DNA of 62,962 nt, counting the filler, from Octopus bimaculoides (Eukaryota): the NCBI RefSeq assembly GCF_001194135.2. It is 7 parts of 6 records of this genome, joined end to end, with 100 filler letters (N's around TTAATTAATTAA, not from the genome) between each part and the next. Parts side by side here need not be neighbours in the genome. Positions count along the whole stretch, not along the records: positions 6,407 to 15,729 come from NC_068985.1; positions 15,830 to 40,790 come from NC_069001.1; 5 more parts are not named here. One strand, 5' to 3'. The notes under the pieces are model-generated. The model saw only the letters and a program-made list of their open reading frames with translations. It was not told where the DNA came from and searched no databases. A program made the translations under genes and the position numbers. Below are positions 13,297-25,329 of this stretch, in pieces; positions within the stretch are counted from its first letter, which is position 1, and each line of letters starts with the position of its first letter.

Positions 13297-13615
13297 NNNN
13301 NNNNNNNNNNNNNNNNNNNNNNNNNNNNNNNNNNNNNNNNNNNNNNNNNNNNNNNNNNNNNNNNNNNNNNNNNNNNNNNNNNNNNNNNNNNNNNNNNNNN
13401 NNNNNNNNNNNNNNNNNNNNNNNNNNNNNNNNNNNNNNNNNNNNNNNNNNNNNNNNNNNNNNNNNNNNNNNNNNNNNNNNNNNNNNNNNNNNNNNNNNNN
13501 NNNNNNNNNNNNNNNNNNNNNNNNNNNNNNNNNNNNNNNNNNNNNNNNNNNNNNNNNNNNNNNNNNNNNNNNNNNNNNNNNNNNNNNNNNNNNNNNNNNN
13601 ATATATATATATATA

Positions 13616-14903
13616 CAGGATCTTGCAGATAAATTGAGACAATTTTTATGATTATAAATACTAAAATAATGGTAGTAGACAGATATAGTTTTAATGTTAC
13701 ATTTATTACAACAAAAACATTTATCACTCAATATGGCTGCCCTTTTGGGCAATTACTACCTCTACACAAGAACGAAATCATTTTGCAGCAGCTGCAACCT
13801 CCAGCTATTTGATTTTGGATGTTGTACGCATGATGCAGGTCTTCACCCCATTCGAGTGTCAATAGTTTTATTGACACTTGAGTATGGTGAAGTGTTGGTC
13901 CTTGTTTGAAGTATGCCCCATAAAAAGTAATCAAGAAGGTTGAAATCTGGGCTATTACTGAATCAGATGTTGGCACTCACAACAAATGACACCTTCTCAC
14001 CAAGGAAGGCCTGTATTGCTTTTGATCCATGGTAAAGAGCAGAATCCTGGATAAGCACCACATTATCAAGCCCAAACTTCTGCTCCATCAGAGTAACAGA
14101 GAGTTATTCAGGATGTCCAGATATTCTTTTGTGCCAATCTTCAAGCCAGACTCAATGAAGTGTGAATCCATGACACTTCCCTCACTCACCACAACTCCAA
14201 ATACCATCACAGAGGCAGGATTCTTAGTCTCAAACACAAGGGGAGGGATGTCAGAGGGGTTGTATGCAATCACTCGAGAATTTCTGCAATTCACCTCAGC
14301 GTCCACAGTAAACTTCTTCTCATCAACAAACATGAGAGTTTTTCCTGCACCTTGATGCTTGATAAATGACAAGCTTTGGGCATGTCTCGGCTCTCATTGC
14401 TTTGGCCTTGGCTGTTAGGAAATGACGGCATCGTCGAACATAGCTAGTTGTACTAAGGTTCCTGTTCACAGCTCTGGTCACTGTGGAAAGGCACACATTA
14501 CATTTCTTTGCAAGAGTTGTCATGGAAGTGGATGGGTTGGCTTCAATCAAGTGATTGAGGCCAGCGAGAAACTTTGGATTGCTGTTGGAATCACTTTGAG
14601 TTTTGTGTTCATTTCTATCAATCTTTCCCTCTTCTTTAAAATATTTATACACAGGATAAACTGTTGCTTTTGGAAATTTCATCAACTTAGGAATTTTATT
14701 GGCAGTGTGACCAGTACATACCAAAACAACAATGACAGAACAATTCTGTAGTTCTATGACTTTCTGCTGTTGAATCAGTTCACTATTTACCTGAAAAATA
14801 AAAGATTAAATTTTCAAACAAGCAAGGTTTTGTCAACAAATGAAATCTTAAACCCACTAAGTCAACTGCTTAAAATTGGTCGCAATTTATCTGCAAGACC
14901 ATG
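13616..14903 (-). mobile_element. IS630-Tc1-mariner transposon, probably DD37D/maT type, with both TIRs and a frameshifted transposase
   Basis: TIRs caggatcttgcagataaattg / caatttatctgcaagaccatg with TA on both sides; HTH region, MFVDEKKFTVD, VMVFGVVVSEG and SNSPDFNLLDYFLWG motifs. Confidence 0.9.
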
Positions 14904-14921
14904 TATGTATATATGTATGTA

Positions 14922-14957
<36 letters not shown>

Positions 14958-14961
<4 letters not shown>

Positions 14962-15059
14962 AAGGGTCTATTTACAGTATCAAAGGCCTTCATTAAATCA
15001 ATGAATACTGGGACAAGATCCATATTCTGCTCATAGCACTTCTCCTGCATCTGTCTTGC
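14958..15059 (-). mobile_element. RTE-clade RT fragment
   Basis: RQMQEKCYEQNMDLVPVFIDLMKAFDTVNR. Confidence 0.75.
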
Positions 15060-15159
15060 NNNNNNNNNNNNNNNNNNNNNNNNNNNNNNNNNNNNNNNNN
15101 NNNNNNNNNNNNNNNNNNNNNNNNNNNNNNNNNNNNNNNNNNNNNNNNNNNNNNNNNNN

Positions 15160-15729
15160 TCCATCTTTCCTCATATACTCTTCTAGACAGGTGCCTTCTT
15201 TCCAGCCCTGTCTTGCTTTTCAGGTGATACCTGAAATAGTACAGCATTTCAGGGCCAGAGATGAAGGATCCTGTCTTCATACCTTGCATTCTAGTTTTCC
15301 ATGCATACTCTTTCATAACTGTGACTGTACATAAAAAGCAAGCCTTACCTTCCTTTGGGTAGTCTGGTGGGTGGTACACTATTAATCACAGACTCAGTGA
15401 TAGCTGTACTCTTCCTAGGTGTGACAGCACATGTTCAACGTAAATTGTCATCTCTGAAAGCTGGGTGCACTGAACAAGAGCATGCAGGATAGTTTCCTTC
15501 TCCTGTCCACATCTTGGACATTCGGGTGGCACTGAAATCCCATGCCTGGACAATTTCTCGTGGACAGGTAACGCATTCCTGAAACACTGCCAAGTCAGGG
15601 ATCTTTGGTAATTATCCAAATACCCTACCCTGAGAGTGTTCTGAAACAAGTTGGATAGCTGGTTCTCATCAAGTCCCAGTGTCTCTCCTAGAACATCATT
15701 ATTTTTAGCCTCTACCAACCCTTTGTAAA
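15160..15729 (-). mobile_element. Tx1/L1-clade LINE ORF2 3' fragment (copy E)
   Basis: NYQRSLTWQCFRNALPV...CPRCGQEKETILHALVQC, collinear with copies A, B and C; flanked by gaps. Confidence 0.85.
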
Positions 15730-15829
15730 NNNNNNNNNNNNNNNNNNNNNNNNNNNNNNNNNNNNNNNNNNNNTTAATTAATTAANNNNNNNNNNNNNNN
15801 NNNNNNNNNNNNNNNNNNNNNNNNNNNNN

Positions 15830-16343
15830 ATACTATTGTTTTTCTTTTCGTTGCTTGTATTAATGCTTGTGGAGTGTTAAGGAAGACATTATTGCCATCT
15901 CTTCTTAACAATTCCTTGGCATTCTTTATTTCTGCCATTGTCACTTGGATTTCTTCTGAGCTCTGCTTAGCTGCGGAGGCGAAACCGTTACAATGGCTAC
16001 TGGTTGTAGTCTTGGTGCTGTTGCTCGTGTTGTTTACTTTGTTTTCTTTGTTTTTTTTTTCCTCCTCCCTCTCCGGTGTTGAAGCAATGGTGGAGGTGAG
16101 AGCTGGGAAGTCAGCAGCAGAGAGTCTGTTAAACAGACCTGAATCAAGAACACTGTACACTATGGCGTCAGCTAATAAAGAGAAGATAGATCCAAATGAA
16201 ATTGAAATGAAGTCAGAGATTCTTCGTGCTGGAAGCTTAAAACTATTCTGACAATAGATTCTTAAATTGTTAATTTTGATAATAGCGTAAAAACTACTGC
16301 TTACGCAAACGAACACAACAACAGCAACATCTTCAGTAATGAT
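15830..16343 (-). CDS. Candidate host coding exon (hydrophobic segment ending LADAIVYSVLD, then an S/T/N/K-rich tail); possibly a 7TM receptor-like C-terminal exon; strand uncertain
   Basis: At least 171 open codons in sequence with no repeat signature I can recognise; acceptor-like ttcctttctttttgcataatttatcatcaaAG at 16344-16345; a + frame (to 16251) is also open, and the ORF runs into a scaffold join. Confidence 0.4.
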
Positions 16344-17259
16344 CTTTGATGATAAATTATGCAAAAAGAAAGGAATTCATTCTGATATTTCATTATCAAT
16401 TCATTATTTGGGATTCCATTTCAGCGAAAATGTAAATTACTTACACAGTCTTTATGAAGACTTTTAGTTGAAAGAAATAAAAATAAAAGAAAATTATGAC
16501 ATTACCGTTTCTGTAGTTCACGTACACACTCACACTTATAGATATATATACATACACATACATAAATATACAAGTATGTGTACGTGTGTGTGTGCGCACG
16601 CGCACAAATCATAATCATCATTGATTTCTTCAAGTTAACTCCAGATTTCTTTTCTGATAGCAACCTGCAACTGCGTCACATCGAAGACCTTGATGAGCTG
16701 GTTATTCATCGAGATATGCAGTGCTATTTTTCTCTTCGCTTATATTAACTGACGGTTGCTGTCGGTATTGAATGGCACTACAACTGAGACAGTCTGCAGT
16801 AGGTATATAGGAGGAAGGAAGTAAAATAATTTCAACTGAAAATTTAATTGACACATGGAGAAATTATCGGTATAGAACCAATACACCACAAAATACTATT
16901 GTTTGTGATTGGGATACAAAGCTAATTCTTTCAGGAGTTTTGAGATATGGCTATGAATCAATAACAATATATTTATGGTTCATTAAAAAAAAAAATTCCC
17001 GATAATTGTAAAACAATTCCATAACACTTTTAAACGATGTCCTGTTATTTTTGCGAGCTTATCGTTCTTGTTTGCTACATATTGTAATTTTTCACATTTC
17101 GCCTGTATCACAAGTTTCGGGTTATAGATGCTTGGAACTTCGGGGTAATACAAGAGCAAAAAAAATGCTGAACAGAGACAAGAGGAAAACTAGGGTGAAA
17201 GGGATAAACATTTAGATAGATAGTTGGTATTCCATCTAATGACTCCGCTCAGAAGGCTG

Positions 17260-17573
17260 TAAAGTTGTTTGGTAGTAAACCCGGTATGAAGAATATATAA
17301 AACACAAGGTGGTAACTTTAAATACGTTTATTGTGGTCACAGTAATTGATGTACATTTGTTCCTATATCTACATACATTTGCGTAGGTTGTATGTTAGCT
17401 GTTTAACCCCAGTGAGAAGCTCACGAACAGCGATGTGTTAGAACCAGTGCAGTGTGTTGTGGTGCGTAGATGTTGTTGACGACGTTGGTGAGAGACATCA
17501 GTGGTGGCGACGAAGATGGAGGTCGCTGCAATTTGATCAGTGGTTAGACCTTAGAAAGTCTGGAACCAACTGA
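17260..17573 (-). mobile_element. Downstream (R/U5-like) half of an LTR-like unit split by two LINEs
   Basis: Begins on the minus strand with target copy TCAGTTGGTTCCAGACTTT (17555-17573); AATAAA at 17327-17332 followed by ttaccacct, as in the LTR-like segment at 6407-6430; outer end uncertain. Confidence 0.45.
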
Positions 17574-20500
17574 ATTTCTTTATTTGCATATAGGGGACAG
17601 GACAAGGTCAGTTTTTACACAGGACTGGGGTTACAATCATGATAAAAATGGTTAAATCGGTATGATAAACCGGAAATTACAATGAGGATAAAAATTAAAT
17701 TATTAGAATAGAGTTCTTGAGTTGTTATTTAACCCGCCGGTTTTTTTGCCTTTTTTTCCTTAGTTTTTCGTTCCTCTTTTTCGTCTTGACCGGCTACACT
17801 AGCACGGTCCCATTCACTCTCAGCTTCCTTTCAACTGTTATCCATCTTTTTTCGAACACTCTTTGAGGCAGGCACCTTTTCTCCAGACGGATCTTTCTAA
17901 TCAGGTGGTAGTTAAAATAACTTATCATCCTGTGTCCGGAGATAAAGTTGCCTGTCTCAATTCCTTTTGCACGCGTCATCCGCACTGTGTCTTTCAGTCC
18001 GGCAACTACGCAAAGAAAAGATGCCATACTTTCTTTATTAAAGGAGGAAGACGGTACGACCTTAGTTATGGAACTCAGTCGAGAGCCGTACTCTTTCCGC
18101 ATCCGACATCAGTTGTTCGACATAGGTCATAAATTTTCTCAGCTCCTCACAATGCACGAAGGTGTGCGCGACAGTTTCACTGATGCGCCAGCACCTCGGG
18201 CATGTGGGGGAGGTATCAAACCTGTAGCTTGACAACTTCTCTCGAACCCGCAAGGCCGATCGGCAGCACAACCAAGCCAGGGATTTCTGGAAGTTATCCA
18301 GATACCTCGGCCCGAATGTCCTTCCGAACAGGCTGGTTAGTTGTTCCTCATCGAAGCCTAGAACCCCACCTAGGACATCGTCGGACTCATACTCTACCAA
18401 CCCTCTATACAAATCCGCAGTGGTAGCCCCGCTGCCGGTACTGCTCGCCCGTGAGAACAGAGTGAGTGATTGTCTGCACTCCTTTTGCCATTCTCCCATT
18501 CTAGGTCTCCGCTTGAGCCATGTGCCTACGTCCCGAGGGGACGTCAATTGTGAAAAAAGGAGCTTAGCATGCGGTGACCACACCTATTCACCGTCCAGGT
18601 AGCGCCAGAGATGTCTCAACCTCAGCGCATTCTTGCGCATCATCAGCCAAGGCATACCTAACTCACCCTTTAACGGTTTCTGGCAGCAGATGGAGCGCCT
18701 CACAAGCGTGTTTTCTCTCTCCACAAAAAGCGGAAAAGGATCCGTTCTAACTTGACCAGCAACACACCGGAGCAAGGCACAACGGTTAAGCGGTAGGTTA
18801 TTACAGATGCTATAAGCACCTGTACAACCTCGGCCCTCCCTACCAAGGATAACGTCCTTCCAGACCAGGTCTGGGTTATGGCCGTCAACTTGCTCGTCAC
18901 CACTCTCCAGTTTTTCTCCATCTGAAGATCTGGTCCACACCAGACTCAGAGCAATTTAACTGGACCCTCTGTCCAACGACAGACGACGCTGTTGGGAGGC
19001 ATCGACTTGCCATGCCAGGTGCCGAGTTGCAAGCCGACTGATTTATCCGCATTAATTTTTGCCCCTGCCACCGCTTCGTATCCTTTGATGGCATCTTCTA
19101 CACGTGGTAGCTGCCCTTCGTCAGACACGATGATGGTGATATCATCCGCATATGCCGTCACTCCTCTATCATAATATAGATCACGCGGGTCTCCTCCCCC
19201 CATAGTCCCCAATCTCCGCAGCAGTGACCCAAGACCCAATACATACAGGAGCGGGGGAAGGGGGCAGCCCCGGCGAACTGAACGCTCGGTCGTGAACGGA
19301 TTCAAGAAGAACCCGTTCACCAGGACAACTGATTCGATGTTGCTATACAAAGCTTCGATCCAGCTACGGAAAATTGGGCCCAGTCCGACCACCCGGAGGA
19401 CCGCCGCCAGATACCGATGGTCAGCCCTATCGAATGCCTTAGACTAGTCTAAATTTACCAGTCTCCACCTTTACCAGGAACTTTACCCACCTGCTCTATG
19501 GTGTAGCGAATGAAGTGAAGGTTGTCGTGTATCGTCCTTCCTGGGATGGTACATGTCTGTGTCTCTCCCACCTTGGCCAAAATCTTTAACTCTGCGTTAA
19601 GCAGAGTTATGGGCAGAAAATTATTAACGTTACATTTCCTATCGTTCGAGCTTACGCTATTCTGACGTGCATCCAGAATAGCGTTAAAGTCTCCTAGCAT
19701 AACTAGTGTCTTTGACGTCACAAGAAAGTTCTCCAGCCGTCGCTAAAACTCATTTCGTTTGCCTTTTGTGCCAACCAGACTGAAGGCCTTACCTCTGCAT
19801 GTCAGATCCAGAGCAACCGACTCACCTTCTGGGTCTACGAAGATCGTACGCGTCTGCAGGGCCAAGTTTTCCGGAGCAAAACTACAACGCCCCCTTTCCC
19901 CCATGTCCGACTAGGAGATATGATTTTCTCATAGCCATTCAGGAGAGTTGAGAAGGCCTGCAGCTTGTCCAACTTGGTCTCTGTAGCAACCATAACATCT
20001 ATTCTGTGTGACCTGAGGTCGTCGAGGAAACAAGCCTGCTTCCACTTCGAACTCAGGCCACGTACATTCAAATAACCTATACACAGTGTAGCCATCTCAT
20101 AAACCGAAAAAGAAGGAAAGTAGAGCTTACTTGCTCTTTCATCTTTGAGGGGGATTGTTCTCAGTACCACTAAGATCCCTTCCCCCTCCCCCTTCCAAGC
20201 GTGATTCTACTGGCGGGTTAAATACTCTGGGTAATCCTTTTAGTTTTGCAATGTCTTTAGGGTTTCTTTGTTTCATTTCCATATACAGTTTTCGGGAAAT
20301 TCTCCCGATTGTTATGGGAATTCTGCTGTCACTGTTGGCATACGTTAAACTTTGTTGGTGAGATTTGATAACCCCTTCTAAATATTTATTGTTGCTTTTG
20401 TATACCACTGTAGTGGTGTCAGTTTTTTCAGGGATTTCAATTTTTTCTAGTTTAAATTTTTTCCTTTTTTCTTTTCTTTTTCTTCTTGTTCTTGTTTCTT

Positions 20501-21717
20501 TACTATTTTCGTTTTAGGAGCCGCCTCCTGAGTCTTGGTGGGCGACTCCATTTTTTTGGGTCTTTTGGGGGTCTGGAAATCTATATCTTCCTCAGATGGT
20601 GTCTCTGCTGGTTCCTTTTCCTCCGTATTATTTTTACTGGTGGCGGTCGCCCTCTGGGTAACAGCCTCCTTGGCTGGGGGCGCCGCCTCTTCTTTCTCTC
20701 CTCCTCTTCGAGGACTTTTTCCTCTTCGTTGTCCTTTTTCGTAGAGGGGCACTTCGACCTCAGGTGTCCTCCCCCCCCCCACATTTATAACACCTGGGTC
20801 GCCTCCCCTCTAGGTGCACTGCCAGAATGGTTTCTTCCCCATGCGAATTGTCTCGGGGAGGTTTTCTAGGTCCGTGGTCGTGGCCTGTGCCAGAATTTCC
20901 AGAGTTTGGCCCCGCCAGTTTTGTGGGGCGTCTCTGGAAATCTGGATTATATTTCTCTTATCCTTTCTTTCGAATAAGAGAGTGGCCACAGTCCACGTGA
21001 CCTCCACCTCCGGGGAGATGTTCTTTATCTTTATCCAGGACGTTCTGCGTCCCAGATATAACGGTAATAACATTATATTCCAACTTTGCAAGGTTCGAGT
21101 CGACAAATCCCAAGCTCTTTCGGCTGACTCGAACCTTGCTTCAATGATTGCAAAACTAGTGCCTCGGGCCAGAAATTTAATTTGGTTGATTACCGGCCCC
21201 AGGCATTTCTCAACTGTACTCTCTTCTAAATGTTCAAATTTCTTTTTTTCAATATCATAAGTTTTATATATTATAGTCTTCCCTTTTGTTTTGTTAATTC
21301 ATTTAGGGGAGTAATCTTACTCTCACCGTTTTCTTCAGTAATCATCCCGAAATAGGCTTGTATATCCTCTTTTTTAAGCACAATATTTTCTGTTCCACAG
21401 ACAACGGCGGCAAATTTTTTCTTTTTTTTTCTCTTAAATAGAAGACATGTTAATATTTTTTGAAAAAATATTCAAAAATCAAAAAAATTATTCAACAATT
21501 GTCCCGATACGGAACACAGTTCAAATTCACCGAAAGCAGTAATGCACAATTTATATATCTTTTCCCTTGGATGAGGATAACAGTTTCACAATGTTTATCA
21601 CATCAAAAAATTTTAACGTTTCCGTTACGGGAAACCACAATAAACAAATAACAAATCCTGCAAGCAGGCAACAAATTTCAAATAAACAAACCTTCCGGTG
21701 TAAATCGTGCGACAATC
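17574..21717 (-). mobile_element. Tx1/L1-clade LINE copy A, full-length outline (5' UTR, ORF1, ORF2 with deletions, 3' UTR)
   Basis: Endonuclease IGYLNVRGL, ATETKL, LVMLGDFNAILD; RT PITLLNAELKILAK, SVRRGCPL, AYADD; C-terminal CPRC..ETV.H; tail AATAAAGAAAT; 19-bp direct repeats at both ends. Confidence 0.92.
20200..21345 (-). pseudogene. ORF1 of LINE copy A with a CCHC zinc knuckle (frameshifted)
   Basis: ATG at 21345; RPRCYKCGGGGHLRSKCP (CX2CX4HX4C) at about 20765-20800 when read across a G-run frameshift; K/E-rich C-terminal part. Confidence 0.7.
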
Positions 21718-21736
21718 AAAGTCTTGAACCAACTGA

Positions 21737-24700
21737 ATTTCTTTATTTTCCTAATACAAGGATACATAGAGGGGACAAACAAGGAAAGACAAGAACATAT
21801 ATGGGTCAGTCAGCTTTTACAAATGATTTAGTACGAATGGGTTTATACAAATGTGGATGATATGATGTAATATAGTATGATATAATACAAGTTTAAAAAT
21901 TTAAATAGTTCTTTTCGGGTTTTGGCTTAGTGCACTAACCCACCGGTTGATTTCCTTTGTGTAAATCTTTTCCTGTTCTTCTATGCCCGAACCGGCCGTG
22001 TTAGCACGGCTCCTTACATACTCATCTTTCTTACGACTTCCTTCCATCTTTTCGCGAACACTCTTTGCGGCAGGCTCCTCCTCTCCAGACGGATCTTGAA
22101 AGCAAGATGGGCGGTGAAGTAATTCACTAGCCCTCGTCCGGAGATGAACTGTCCTGTCGCAATCCCTTTCATTCGCGTCTTCCATACCGTTTCTTTCAAT
22201 ATGGTTATTACGCAGAGAAATACTGCTTTCTTTTCTTTGGAGAAAGAGGAAGGTGGTACAAGCTTTATCATGGACTCAGTCGAGAGCCGTACTGCTTCTG
22301 TGTCCAACATCAGCTGTTCGGCATAGGTTATCAACTCCCTCAACACCCCACAGTGTACAAAGGCGTGCATAACCGTTTCGCTTGGCACGCCCGCACCTCA
22401 GACATGTGGGAGAGGTGTCATAACCATGCCTTGATAACCTTTCTCGAAACGGTAAGGCCGATCGGTAGCACAGCCAGGTCAAGGATTTCTGATAGTTATC
22501 CAGAAATCTCGACTCGAAGGTCCTCCCGAACAGGCTGGCTAGCTGCCTCTTATCGAAATCCAGAGTCTCCCCCAGGACATCGTCAGACTTATGCTCTACC
22601 AATCCGCTATAAATATCCGCTGTGGTAACCCTGTTGTCAGCATTTTTCACCCGGGAGAAGAGGGAAAGTGCTTGTTTGCACTCCTCTTGCCACTCTCCCG
22701 TCTTGGGTCTCCGCCTGATTCATGCTCCTAAGTCCCCAAGGACTCACACTTTGGAAAGACCTGCTCGGCAAGCGTTGACCACACCTGCTCACAATCCAGG
22801 TGGCACCGAAGATGTTTCAGCCTCAGCGCGTACTTGCGCATCATCAGCCAGGGCATCCCCAGTCCACCCTTTAACAGTTTCTGGCAACAGATCGAGCGCC
22901 TCACAAGTGGAGTTTTACTTCCCCACAAAAAGTGGAAAAGGATCCGCTCCAGCTTGTTCAGCCACAAACAGGGGTAAGGCACGACGGTTAGGCGGTAGGT
23001 TATCACTGATGCTATGAACATCTGCACAACCTCCGCCCTTCCCAACAAGGATAACTTCCTCCCAGATCACTTCTGGGCTATGGCTGTCACCTTGCTCGCC
23101 ACCTCACTCCAGTTCTTCTCCACCTGGAGGTCCGGTCCAAACCAGACCCCGAGCATTTTAACCGGGCCCTTCGTCCAGCACCCGACAACGCTGTTGGGAG
23201 GCATTGACTTGCCCCGCCAGGTACCGAGCTGCAAGCCAACTGATTTTTCCTGGTTAATTTTAGCTCCTTCCACCGTCTCGTATCCTTTGATGGCGTTTTC
23301 TATCCGAGGTAGACGTCCTTCATCAGACACGGTGATGGTGACGTCATCCGCATATGCCGTTACATTTCTCCCATAACAAAGATCATGCGGGTCCACCCCC
23401 GTGTCCTTCATCCTCCGCAGCAATGGCTCGAGCGCCAACACATACAGAATCGGGGACAGGAGGCAGCCCTGGCGAACCGAACACTCGATCGCGAATGGGT
23501 TCGAGAAGAACCCATTCACCCGGACTATTGATTCAATATTGCCATACATGGCTTTAATCCAGCCTCGGAAGGTCGGGCCAAATCCGGCCGCCCGGAAGAC
23601 CGCCGCCAAGTATCCGTGGTCAACCCTATCGAACGCCTTAGACTGATCTAAATTCACCAGTGCCCCACCGTTGTCATGCATTTTACCCACACGCTCTATG
23701 GTGTAGCGAATGAGGTGAAGGTTGTCCTGTATCGTCCTTTCTGGGGTGGCACATGTCTGTGCTTCCTCCACCAGGTCGCCCACGACAACCCTAACTCTCT
23801 TTGCAAGCACCTTGGCCAAAATCTTTAACTCTGTGTTTAGCAGAGTTATGGGCCTAAAATTATTAACTTTGTCCCCTTGCTCGGGTCCTTCCTGATCAGT
23901 GTCATCACTCCTCAGTTCACAGCCTTGGGAATCCTCCCATTCTGCTGCCAATTCGTGTACACACTGGCCAGTACGTCCCCGAACAAGTCTGGCATGCTAC
24001 TATAAAATTCGTAAGGAAGACCATCCAGACCCGGCGACTTGTCCCCAGGGCACTCGGACAGTACCTCTCTGATCTCCATGGCTGTGATTGGTCCTTCACA
24101 GCGCTCAACATCACGATCCAAAAGACGCGGGCCGCCGGCCAGAAAACGCCGTAAGGCATCCCCATGGTCCAGCGTCCCACTCCTCCCGAACAACGCAGCA
24201 AAGTGCTTGTGAAGAGCTTTGCATATCTCCTCTTGTCCTTGGATCTCCTGTCCGAACTCATCTGCTAAAGATCCAATCATAGCATCGATGCCACGTCGGG
24301 TTTCTTCCGAGCGAGCACAACTAGCAACATTGATATCTTCACGGCCCATTGCACATATCCTAGCCCGGACTCTGCGTCCTTCGTGTTTGGCATTGAGGTG
24401 TCGGTCCAGTGCCGATCTCGCCGCCAACACTTGTGTCACAGAGCCCGATCTCAGTGCCTCTTCTAATGTCTTAACTAAATCCCTTTCTATTCTAATCTGT
24501 TCTAAACTTAACTGCTTGCTAAATCTAATTGACTCAATCCGAAGGGCTCTTTTGAGGGCACTCCACCACCGGTTGTTGATCACAGCGCCGGTAAATGCCC
24601 TCTTCACTAACACCTTAATCTGGCTACGGTAAGCCTCGCAATCCAATATAGTCTTGTTCAGCTTCCAGTCGCCAGATCCATGTCTATGCATCTTATCTAT

Positions 24701-25028
24701 ATTCATCCTACACGTCACTAATTTGTGATCTGTGTAGGGTACGTAGGTAAACTGTGAACAACTAAAGCTATGCCTGTCTCTAGTACTTACAACTATCCTA
24801 TCTATATAAGACCTGATCGATCCGTCGTTTCTTGCCACACTGGAACGTTCGGATAATCAAGTCTATATCGATCTGCCAGCCTGAAGCGCTTCAGCAGATC
24901 GATGAGGCATGAGTTCCCCTTTCTATCCTTCGAGCCCACGCTATTCAGGCGTGCTTCCAGTATAGCGTTAAAGTCACCTAGTACAACTACTGTCCTTGAT
25001 GTCATCAAGAAATTCTCCAGGCGTCGAA
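21737..25028 (-). mobile_element. Tx1/L1-clade LINE copy B, 5'-truncated within the endonuclease domain
   Basis: RRLENFL...VVLGDFNAILE, SYIDRIV, TDHKLV, DKSPGLDGLPYEFY, NLDQSKAFDRVDH, VRQGCLLSP, AYADD, CLRCG; a few frameshifts; tail AATAAAGAAAT abuts the target copy at 21718-21736. Confidence 0.95.
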
Positions 25029-25313
25029 AGAGTCTGGAACCGACTGACGTTGAGACTAGAAAGAGGTGAGTTTTTATAGTTGATGGTAGGCTCAAATGCT
25101 TGTTTGGAACAGACTGTCTCACGTGACTTATTTGAAGGTTGTGATTGGTTGGGTTGCGTATTGGTTCGCGATAGAGTAAGAGACAAATTGCACCAATACC
25201 AACCAATTGGAGTGGTAGACACAACGGGGTCCAAAACAGCGCACAAAGGTTAGCTGTTACCTGCTCCGTTCGTAAGTATGTAATATAAGAGAAGCTCACT
25301 AGAGTTCACTACA
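25029..25313 (-). promoter_or_regulatory. U3-like Pol II promoter half of the split LTR-like unit
   Basis: Minus strand starts TGTAGTGAAC at 25313; CCAAT at 25160-25164 and 25144-25148; CACGTG at 25120-25125; TATAAAAA at 25078-25071; Initiator-like TCAGTC with its A at 25045, 33 nt after the TATA start. Confidence 0.5.
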
Positions 25314-25329
25314 GACACAATAATGAAAT

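Noticed and set aside
15874-16251. + strand multi-TM protein as the primary call
   Set aside because: Its hydrophobicity comes largely from a T-run that is the antisense of an E/K/N-rich stretch; kept only as an alternative.
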